Shown one piece after another: positions 27,401-35,665 of a DNA stretch of 64,000 nt. Source of the stretch: Botryllus schlosseri (lineage: Eukaryota); NCBI GenBank assembly GCA_051294905.1, contig CM119386.1, positions 2,852,001 to 2,916,000 on the forward strand, in the 5' to 3' direction. The notes beneath the pieces are model-generated. The model made no database searches and was not told the origin of the DNA. It worked only from the letters and a program-made list of their open reading frames with translations. Position 1 is the stretch's first letter. Each line of letters opens with the position of its first letter. The translations under genes were made by a program, and so were the position numbers.

Positions 27401-29145
27401 TTTCATGCACTGTTTGGTGAGTTACCGTATTTCGCCTAAACGCGCGAAGTGCGACAAATTTATATAATTCATGTTTGAATTGGTCAATATGGTCGGGAAT
27501 TGCATATATATTGCTATCAATTTTTTATCCTCTTTCTGCTCGCGTAATCAAATTTACCGGCAGAGCTGAGTGTGGTGTGCTAGAAAAGATAGAACCCCTA
27601 AATATTAATTAGACATCTTCGCGCGGAATCGTTGTTATATTGACTCCGTTGCATGATGCTATTTCGTGACCTGCTATATCTGCTATGTCAGAAGATATGG
27701 AAATCGTCAAAACGTACCAAACTAAAAGACGTACATGATTTCAAATTGGTATTTCTGTAGCCTACTAGCAAATTATTTTTTCCTTGCGGGATGACATTTG
27801 TCCTGTAGGGTTAAGGTCGCCAGGACAGGAACATTCGACGCCAGCCATTGAGGCGCCTATGGAAAATTAAACATATATGTATATTGTATATATAACGAAG
27901 TTTTCGGTCAGCGCAAGAGGATTCCTTTTCGGCCAAGGCCTTCTCGCTGCTGATCGTTCTGGCACACTTCTCGGAGTCGCATGTTACATGGCCTCTAAGT
28001 TCAAATGTCATTGTGCGTCGTGGCGCAGTAATGGCCGACGCCGAAGTCTCCCATTTCCATAAATCATGCGTATTTTTGTTGGGTGACTGGAAAACCCTAA
28101 ATCCAGATATATGATAACACTAAATCACGCGCAGCGCGAAAAATTTTTGAAAAAGTTGCATGAATTTCTGAAAGATTACTCTATAATTAATGTTAATTCA
28201 CGAAATAATTTGGGCCCCCCTCGAGTTCGGACCCCACCCCCCATTGGGGAGTTTGGTATGCGGTAGTTACGGCCCCGACTCCAATATAGCCGCTTTATCG
28301 CGCCATCGCCCCCCTATCGCCCCCTTCGTCCGTTTTCGCCCCCTATCGCCCCCTTCGTTATTTTCGCCCCCCTAGACCGCCCAATCGCCCTGATTCTGAT
28401 TCACTAAACAAACTCCCAACGCATATCCTAAATAGCGGTAAACAGGGTCTCGGCAGAGGGGGGTCTGGGGGGCGAAGCCCCCCAGAAGTTCGGTATATCA
28501 CCCTATGGGGGGCCCACGACCAAAGTTTGGGGGGGGCTGGCGAAGTGCTGTTACGGCCCTGGTTTTAAGGCAACATTTGCTTGAAATGCAACCCTAGTCC
28601 CTAGTTGAGACTAACCATTATCGCAGCTGTCAAAATTATCCCAGCACACCGATTGATATTTTGAGCCTTCATCGGCGGTGATGTGATTCAAAACACCATA
28701 TCGGCGCTATTGTAGGTCGACCGCTAGAGATTGTTCTATGGCTTGACATATTATGGAACTGCCGACCCATATATATGATTTATAATTATTAAAATTGCAA
28801 ATATATATTTCATGGCGACTGCAAATTTTTTATCATCACACAGCGTTGAGTTCAATCATATTGTATGTCGATGTGTAACTTCCGGTGGTAGCCTAATGTT
28901 CCCATTGCTTCGGTATATGTGGCGAAAAGGAATATGGCTACAATGTACAATGTTACTCATTACAAGAGAAGGATGAACTTACCACAGCAGACTTGCGTAC
29001 ATGAGTCGTAGTTAATAACTGTTCCATTTACATCAGTGCACCGACCAACCGCCCTGCGACATCTGCGGCCACCTGATGATCTTGCATTCACGAAACCAAG
29101 CAAGCAAAGCAGGGCAAAACCAACTATCGACGCTCTGCTCCTCAT
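9032..29145 (-). CDS. Secreted galaxin-like Cys-Cys repeat protein, 10 coding exons, ~633 aa
   Basis: Manual splicing of 29145-28983, 21943-21804, 20464-20314, 15006-14762, 14635-14486, 13197-13042, 12646-12539, 12174-12069, 10045-9773 and 9441-9032. All introns are GT-AG and all phases match (1,0,1,0,0,0,0,1,1), giving 1902 nt open to TAA. Signal-peptide-like N-terminus (MRSRASIVGFALLCLLGFVNA) and 28 CC doublets in a CC-x(10-15)-CC rhythm typical of galaxin repeats. Family name comes from pattern recall, not a search. Confidence 0.88.
9773..10045 (-). CDS. Galaxin-like gene exon 9
   Basis: ttgcag|(D)GQDGRKIDPADLECC...FADTQCC G|GTGGGT; donor chosen by phase fit to the last exon. Confidence 0.82.
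10066..11389. mobile_element. hAT-like element, family A
   Basis: TIR CAGCACCGTAAC / GTTACGGCCTTG; perfect TSD TATATGTA; homologous to the 26961 and 51464 copies. Confidence 0.95.
11440..12045. mobile_element. MITE remnant related to 15050-15479
   Basis: Shared internal segment (GCAAAACAAATTTGACTCAATT) and right end TTTTGAACAACCCTA; left TIR not found. Confidence 0.6.
12069..12174 (-). CDS. Galaxin-like gene exon 8
   Basis: atacag|VSHHTRCCGDFADPSTLRPYDYDSQTCCSGVIASL G|GTGAGC. Confidence 0.88.
12539..12646 (-). CDS. Galaxin-like gene exon 7
   Basis: gtttag|TDMQWPACCGTKSFDAYDQTCCGTEVYDNPLDSRGE|GTAGGA. Confidence 0.88.
13042..13197 (-). CDS. Galaxin-like gene exon 6
   Basis: tttcag|GDMCCGDAAYF...VCCGEDVVG|GTAAGC. 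Confidence 0.9.
13273..14155. mobile_element. hAT-like MITE in intron 5 of the galaxin-like gene
   Basis: TIR TAGGGCGATTTTTT / AAAAAATCGCCCTA; perfect TSD CTAATTAC. Confidence 0.93.
14486..14635 (-). CDS. Galaxin-like gene exon 5
   Basis: tcacag|YCCNGLLVDQD...TCCGGVLVDRDTE|GTGAAT. Confidence 0.88.
14762..15006 (-). CDS. Galaxin-like gene exon 4
   Basis: caccag|(T)STAYANCCHDVAYDRR...EICCNGLVANASSQ|GTTCGA; the real frame differs from both listed ORFs; donor is weak. Confidence 0.85.
15050..15479. mobile_element. hAT-like MITE with ~55-bp imperfect TIRs
   Basis: TTGTTCAAAAATAAC ... GTTATTTTTGAACAACCCTG; TSD ATGTGGAG/ATGTGTAG. Confidence 0.8.
15527..16300 (-). mobile_element. 3' end of a CR1/L2-group LINE, interrupted by a SINE
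   Basis: ORF2-like C-terminus GNTYRKYAAPDVWNSIPPAIRQSTSMSTFESKYKQLLVNKY, then a 3' UTR ending in AATAAACCA(ATG)n; UTR homologous to 35385-35665. Confidence 0.8.
15706..15964 (+). mobile_element. tRNA-derived SINE with (CT)n tail
   Basis: A-box-like AGTGTAATGG and B-box GTTCGATCC; body near-identical to 47781-47971. Confidence 0.9.
16733..17240. mobile_element. MITE with ACTCGA-type subterminal repeats
   Basis: TIR TAGGCCTGGGCA / TGCCCAGCCCTA; TSD not conserved. Confidence 0.7.
17466..19065 (+). mobile_element. Decayed hAT (Buster/Charlie, GTF2IRD2/EPM2AIP1-like) transposon with transposase remnants
   Basis: TIR CAAGGGTCGGCAACC / GGTTGCCGACCCCTG; TSD TGCTAGGG/TGTTAGGG. From 18050: LLEAENQYGDVLYICHVRTLSWAAMLARVYELRNE; later ASTFGSAYASEQ*FSTMKFTKSKLRSRI (hAT C-terminal dimerization motif). 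Multiple stops and frameshifts. Confidence 0.92.
19069..20237. mobile_element. TAGGG-type hAT MITE (original left end at 17461)
   Basis: TIR TAGGGTTACCATA / TATAGCAACCCTA; TSD TATTATGC (17453-17460) / TATTATGT (20238-20245). Confidence 0.85.
19225..19263. repeat. 39-bp near-perfect palindrome
   Basis: ACTATAGATAACTAA-C-CTACGTAG-TTAGTTATCTATAGT. Confidence 0.95.
20314..20464 (-). CDS. Galaxin-like gene exon 3
   Basis: gttcag|NSPTEPKCCGPDLYD...MCCDGRVGFI A|GTAAGT. Confidence 0.9.
21804..21943 (-). CDS. Galaxin-like gene exon 2
   Basis: aaatag|(G)KEIYDIEGSFLRCCGDKSFGEMYNEQTQICCEWAPTLDYALYNRTE|GTAGGT; absent from the ORF track. Confidence 0.88.
23068..24738. mobile_element. hAT-like element with AGTAGAAGTA subterminal repeats; hosts a SINE
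   Basis: TIR CAGAGATGGT / ACCACCTCTG; perfect TSD CTCAACGA. Confidence 0.92.
23515..23665 (+). mobile_element. tRNA-derived SINE (diverged relative of 15706)
   Basis: Same head and core (GTTCGATTCCCGGCCGGGTCAGACCAAAGAC...GGCGCTCAG...GGATAGCATGGAGG), different 3' part. Confidence 0.85.
25080..25347 (-). mobile_element. Second tRNA-derived SINE family (decayed)
   Basis: Minus-strand GGCGAGATAGCATAGTGG (A box) ... GATTCGAGTCC (B box); body related to ~49050-49140. The 3' boundary is approximate. Confidence 0.55.
26961..28561. mobile_element. Family A element containing an inverted family A copy
   Basis: Outer TIR CAGCACCGTAAC / GTTACGGCCCTG with perfect TSD GTTTTAAG; 27319-28277 is the same family in reverse orientation. 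Confidence 0.9.
28983..29145 (-). CDS. Galaxin-like gene exon 1 (signal peptide)
   Basis: ATG ... TQVCC G|GTAAGT, phase 1 donor. Confidence 0.9.
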
Positions 29146-30766
29146 GTTATTTCTAAATTTTAAATAGCCAATAACTCTCGCGAACTACCGTTATGAAGTA
29201 GACTGCTCATTCTAATTCGCATGGGGTTGATCGTCCAAATGTCAATGGAAGTTGTACTTACGAAGGTGACTTCTCGTGACTAACTATTGGCAAAGATGAA
29301 ACAACGTCTGCAGCATTGCCAGCTGACTATCACATTGATTCCCCAATGCAATTCGTGGAAACGTAGATACAATATTTAGAATTGTCGGATAAAATGACAC
29401 CCCCGATGATAATCAAATATACAAGCAGCGGTATCCATGTCGTTACTAGGTAGCCCAACATCGTCAAATGCGTTTTTTTTAAAGAACTTGCCGAGTGATG
29501 AAATGAAGTAACGCGATTAGCCTACTTTCTACGTTGAGACGTATATCACGATTTTGATGATGCTCACAGCTGGTTGATTAGTATAGCTGCTGCGAAATCC
29601 AGAGGTAAACGCAGATATCGCAAATGAAAGAAATGGCAATCAGAATGCTCACATGCTTGCCTTCCAGTGACCTTACCAGTAGCCTATATATTAGCTGATT
29701 CCCACGAATAACGGCAATCTGTTCTGGGCAATATGAATTTACATTTATATCCTGTCACCGACACTAAGCAGGTAGATCATATTAGCCTGCATTCTAATAT
29801 TCATCACTGCAATGCTCTGCAGAAAACCATGTCGTGCCCTAATGTTTTCTCCAAAGTTATACCACGCACTCCGTCATTGCAATCAGTAATAAACAATCAG
29901 AACAAAACGAGAAATAAGGCCCGTCGCCTTTGTAACGATTTCTCATCTAAGGCGAAGGCTGCAGCTTCTTCGCATATAAGCTGACGAAGAACGGAAATAT
30001 TACACAAGATTTCAATCCGACAAAAAGTGGAAGCGCAACTTTAACCAGTTGGGTTGCTATATCGCATATCGATAAAAGTCAATTTACCTTTAAACCAGCA
30101 TTACCCGCGTTTGCTAATATAGCAACCAATAGCCGCAGGGTGCTTGTGATGCAGAGTTTTACCGTTTCCGCGGCATTATTGGATTCAAGCTATTCGCAGA
30201 AGTCAAAGCTGTGTGTATTCTGCTGTTATGCTGCACGATGCAAAACGATTCAGATATTCCTTGCTGGGGCCAACTTCGTGGAGTAGCCTACAGGATGAAC
30301 TGCATGGTCGCTTCATTTCCAGATAGTATAGTTGGCATGAGTGGTAAACGTTTTGCTCGACATCTCCGCTTACCACCACTAAAATGAAATCTTCTCGTGC
30401 GAGGCATTCTCACTCGCTGAGCGGATCCAGTTATCATTTTGTAGCCAATTCAGTCTATGCGTAAGCCGACTATCATTTTAAATGGCAAATGCTATAGTTT
30501 CGGCTATGCTGATATCAGATTGACTTTGTGTAGGCTACCATTATTTTATACTCGTGTGTGTCGAAAATGACGAGGTTATTATTCGAATTGTGGGATATCG
30601 TTGTATCCAGGACTCATGTATTGTGTAGGCTTATACCAGGGTGCAGATAAAATTGAAATCCATTCAAAAGAAACGGGGTGAAAACATGTTATTTATTCTC
30701 TTTCTTTTTCATCCATGATTTTATGCAGACAAAAATTAACATCTGAATTTACAACACAGTATATGA

Positions 30767-31234
30767 TAGGCTTACCATACGTCCTCTTTTAAGAGGATTT
30801 GTCCTCTTTTTTGACTTTTTTGAAAGTGTCCTCGGAGGACGCCCTTTTGTCCTCTTTTTTGAGATTTTGTCCTCTTTTTTGAAAATTTAGGTCAGATATA
30901 GAGGAAATTGCGAGTGATATGCCGCAAAATAGCGCAGAAGTGAAGCTCCGGCGGGTATTTCGGAGGAAAAGCGGTGATTTCAGCTCTGAGCGAAATGAAG
31001 ACCTTTTTTTTTTTTTTTTTTTTAGTCATCCACCAAGCAATGTGGAGTGAAAAACGTTATTTTGAGATCTGAGCGGAAGTGAAGACCTTTTTTTTTTTTT
31101 TTTTTTTTTTTTTAGTCAACCGACCGCAAAGTGGGAAAAATTCACCGGTTTTTGGGAATTCTACTCCGGTTTTGTATCTTGCAAATTTCTGAAAAAGTGT
31201 CCTCTTTTTGCATTTTCAAAATATGGTAAGCCTA
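30767..31234. mobile_element. TAGG-type hAT MITE with internal poly-T units
   Basis: Perfect 13-bp TIR TAGGCTTACCATA; perfect TSD GTATATGA. Confidence 0.95.
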
Positions 31235-31825
31235 GTATATGAGTGCGCGGCATGGAATGCTCGAATATGGTTCTAGTATTTAAAAAATATTTTTATACGA
31301 CAAAATCCCTGTCTACTGCATACTGCCTTGCATAGAGCAACAACTGATTGACCTTTCCCATATTCTCGTCAACGTCATTCATAAATAGGTCATCCTGCGC
31401 ACCATCGCAACGGTTCTTAACCTGTGTTCAATACAATGGAACACTAGTGCTGCGCTTAGCTAGTCTAAAGGGTTCCGCCCGGCGACAAGATACACCTTCA
31501 ACCAGGGCTTTGGAGCAGCCGTAAATTTTAACTGCTCCAGCTCCGGCGCTTTCTTCTATCATACATTAGCTCCGGAGCCGCATTATTACCACTACTCCGG
31601 CTCCAGCTCCGGCTCTGAAAATTATCGAATGGGTCTGTCTATATCAGGGGTGGCCAACCCGCGGCCAGCGGGCCAAATATGGCCCGCGAGAGGGTTTTGA
31701 GTGGCCCGCGAGATAATTTCCTATTATATTATCGAAATCCTGTTATATTATCGAAAATGAATTGCTCAGAATATGAACTTGCAAGGCCCATCAAAAATTA
31801 CATGTCTGGCTGCGACACTTGGGAT

Positions 31826-33027
31826 CAGACTTGGACAACTAGATAATTCTAGTTGTCTAATTTCACTAAATTAGAGCGAAATGCAAGTAATCTAATTCTA
31901 ATCTAATTTGTGAAACGTTTCGATGCTCTAATTCTAATTCTAATCTAATTATTGTTTTCCTGAAAACGCCTCTTTGTCCGAGGCACATTGCACTATTGCA
32001 GTAAGTTAACAAGAATATCTCATCTTGCGCAGGGAAATCCAATGCCAAGCCGCCATCGCCTTACTTACACCGTGCAGTCATAGCAGATATTATGACGAAT
32101 AATAGCATGCTAGAGTAGCTTGTAGTCTGCGAACAACATTCTAGTTTTTAAAACTTTACGTTAGTACATCGCCGTTCTGACTAACATGGGCGATGCCCAT
32201 GGTTACCATAAAAGAAGTAATATTTCATTAAAGTATTGTAAAAATCGAGCCAAGCTTGGTGTACAGAAGTTAACCATTCTCATAGGTATGGGAATGCACT
32301 GTTGTTGTTGTTTATCAAACAACAAATATGTGGCGCTTATCGCCTGACGGCCTTTTGCACCACGCACTGTGATTTGATATGAACTGAATTTTGCAGTATT
32401 TATTTCCCATGTACAATTTCATTCAATTTCCAAGTTTTTGCGAACTGAGTACCTCTAATTCTAATTCTAATCTAATTTGTAAAAAGCTTAGTAGCTGTAA
32501 TTCTAATTTGAAGAGCTTCTTGGAGGTACAGAACTTCAATATACAATTAAATAGTATATTCATATTGAAATGAACCCGAATATTTTCGGCTGACACTCGT
32601 CAGGGGTAATCGTCAGCAACTAGTAGAGAATTGGAAAGAACATTGTATATCAACAATCGTATCACAAAGTATGACGTCACCAGCATGAAATTTCGAATGA
32701 GAGAGCGTTCAATGTACTATTTTTAGGTGGTACACGAACTCCTTTTGTTGACAGAGTTTTGGTTGGTGTATTTTGATAAAAGTTGATTCCAAGGCACACA
32801 AATGGAATTGTGAACGGCTGACGATTACCCCTGACGAGTGTCAGCCGAAAATATTCGGGTTCATTTCAATATGAATATACTATTTAATTGTAATTCTAAT
32901 TCTAATCTAATTTGGAAAAACTGTATAGCTCTAATTCTAATCTAATTACAAAAAAAAACCGTGGAGCTCTAATTCTAATTCTAATCTAATTCAGAAAAGC
33001 TGAACATTTTCTAGTTGTCCAAGTCTG
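31826..33027. mobile_element. Family E element (CTAATT-rich), nest level 3
   Basis: Perfect 18-bp TIR CAGACTTGGACAACTAGA; TSD CTTGGGAT/CTGGGGAT. Confidence 0.93.
32542..32892. mobile_element. Foldback MITE, nest level 4
   Basis: Perfect 76-bp inverted arms (32542-32617 / 32817-32892) bounded by TA, with a 199-bp spacer; TA boundary suggests Tc1/mariner type. Confidence 0.88.
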
Positions 33028-33623
33028 CTGGGGATGTTGGTAACTAAAATATCGGTTCCGACGCATTGGCAGATCCATGGTCCGGTCATATTTTTAGTAA
33101 ATCGTCGTACATTACAATAAACTGAAGTAGTAGTGAAATTTCTCTTAACGCTTCGCGTGTTTAATTGTCACACGACTTCTTGCTTGGTAGCCTACCCTCT
33201 CCTGAAAATGCAAAAAAAACGCCTAATTTACCCGATTGAGTCTAACTGTATTCGTAATTACGGGAGAAAGTCTTTTCGCGTTTGCGCTCGCAGAAAGAAC
33301 GTCGACCATGAAATGTAAGCACAAAATGATTGTCGCATATTACTGGAAACCTTCGATATCGATGTGTCCAAACACCGAATAGTCGTGTCCTTGCAAACTG
33401 CGCCCAGCGGGCGGTATACAGTAGACCCGCAATATACTCAAGTAATAATATTATTGACCTAGTTCATTTATAAACTTTGAAAATTTTACCCGCTTGGAGC
33501 GGCTAGTGGTCCGCGCACTTGTTCGTCAATTGCATGTGCCCCTTTAGCCGAAAAGGTTGGCCATCTCTGGTCTATATAGATTACTAATCTACCCATGGGT
33601 TAGTTATCTATAGTAATCTAGAG

Positions 33624-34864
33624 CAGTGGTTCTCAACCTTTTTCACCTCGCGGACCGGTAAAGTTTTTAAAAATGTCTGGCGGACCGGTGCACTTCGAAA
33701 ATTGAAATGAAGCCAAAATGTAAAGTATGCAACCAATTTTTTGCAATTATAGGGTGCTAGAGAGGGACATTTAAAGGGTTTTGATCGTAAAATTAATTAT
33801 CTTCATGATAGCATCCATGTGATTTTATGGTAGTCAGTCTGCTGACTCGAGGTAAAATTGCCTTATCCAGATAAACGTGCTACCGCCGAGAGTCGTTTAC
33901 AGTCTTTCGCGCCAAAGGTCGTGGGTTTAACCGACCGCGCCAACTCGAACCAAGTTGAACGAAGCACCAAGTCGAACCAAGCACATTGTCGTGCTACCTT
34001 GCTCATTGCCCACTTCCATCAGACGCATACGCTACTCTGGCAACTACGAATACAATGTGTGCCGCAGGAAAACACCTTGCCGCAACTATAGCGGCCATCC
34101 GGAAATTCGGGCCGCAAAAGCACTTCGTTAACCCACCCCAAAAACGTTGGTGTTGGTCCCCCACAGGGAGATAAGCCAAACTTCCGGGGGATTCACCCCC
34201 AGACCCTACAGTTCGGTGGATGTTTTCACCTGTACTTGTGAGCACATTCATTCTACTCGGTGTAAGCAGAGAGTTTATGTAGCTTAGTCGCGGCAATACC
34301 GAATATTATCGATCATTATAATGACTGAATCGGTTTTCTCGCTGCCGAATTTTTGGCACACCCTTCGGAGTTCCATGTTAGCCTATACTTCATTAGGGGT
34401 GGGTAGGTCGTGGCGAGGTAATGGCTGACGCATAAATGCCTATTTCTATAAATCATGCGTATCTCGGAGAAGGGCACTTAATATGCAAGACATTTAGTGA
34501 CATTAAATCGCGCAAAGCGCGAAAATAAACTGAAAATGTTGGGAAAAGTTACGGTCCTACACAAAATGAATGAATCGAAAACGAATGATCGCGCAAACTG
34601 CGCTGTTTAGCGATGAGTCAGTTCGTACCTGTTCTGTACTTGTCGCTCGTCAAATAACATATCTTGATCTTTAAGGCAAATCGAACATGTTTCAAGCCCT
34701 AATGACACCTCACGAACTTCTGAATTATTTTGATGTTTTATTTATTCTATCAATGGACAAAACCTTCAACATTACATCTTGAAATTGAAGTATAAAATTG
34801 TAATATACCTCGCGGACCGGCAGGAATGTCGTCGCGGACCGGCACCGGCGGTTGAGAACCACTG
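33624..34864. mobile_element. Family B composite Buster-type element (full length)
   Basis: Perfect 15-bp TIR CAGTGGTTCTCAACC; perfect TSD ATCTAGAG. Confidence 0.95.
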
Positions 34865-35384
34865 ATCTAGAGTCTGTCAGCCGTCAGTAACATCGCATGC
34901 AGCAACGATTTAGACATAGGTGCCGTTGTGCCGGCTTGTGACGTCATAATAAATACTTGTCAATTGTCGACAACATCATAGTTGCACTAGAACGCACTTT
35001 ACTCCATGCCATTGCTATGCACAGCTTTAAAATTCACGCCTGCTGATAAATTATGTGGAATCAGCAGATATTTGTTGCATATATAATAGCATATTATGAA
35101 ATACGTCGGAGCCGGAGCAACTCCTCAAATAACCGGCTCCAGCTCCGGCTGAATTTTATATGGAGCTCCGGCTCCGGCGAAAATGCACGGCTCCGGCTCC
35201 AAAGACCTGCCTTCAACTCATACATATGAATTTTAATGACACGCGCCCGTATTGGCAATCCTTGGTTGCAGGCAATTAGGGTCGATCAGAATAGTCGAAT
35301 TGTGACTTCCATGGTGGTTCGTCGTGTGCAGTGGCATGCGCAAGGGAGGTTGGGGTTTGTGTTCGGTTTATTTGCAATTTTTAT

Positions 35385-35665
35385 CCATTCAATATACCAC
35401 AAAAATGCGATACAATGAAAAGATATAGGAAGGTGTCGAAACGACTTGGAGTAGTCTTTGAAATCAGACACTCACCTTGGCTTAGGCGATGTAAAGAGGA
35501 GACATGCACATTGCACACTGAATGAAAAGTAAACGAAGATAGTATAATAAAAAGCAAGATCGATAGGTCAGGCCGTTGGTCAGGTAATCTTGAGGGCGGA
35601 CTAGTATTCATTTAGTAGATATTGCTTGTATTTCGACTTGAATGTGGACATGGACATGCTCGAAA
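35385..35665 (-). mobile_element. LINE 3' UTR fragment without the SINE
   Basis: Colinear with 15555-15710 plus 16005-16105; a more diverged copy lies near 51152-51275. Confidence 0.8.

Larger units (their letters stand above)
31645..33569. mobile_element. Buster-type element, nest level 2
   Basis: TIR CAGGGGTGGCCAACC / GGTTGGCCATCTCTG; perfect TSD GTCTATAT. Confidence 0.93.
31503..35209. mobile_element. Outer hAT-like MITE of the nested cluster (GGCTCC subterminal repeats)
   Basis: TIR CAGGGCTTTGGAGC / GCTCCAAAGACCTG; perfect TSD CCTTCAAC. Confidence 0.93.

Noticed and set aside
31850-33000. Telomere-like (CTAATT)n repeats
   Set aside because: Short interrupted subterminal motifs of family E, also seen at 58250-58470; not a telomeric tract.
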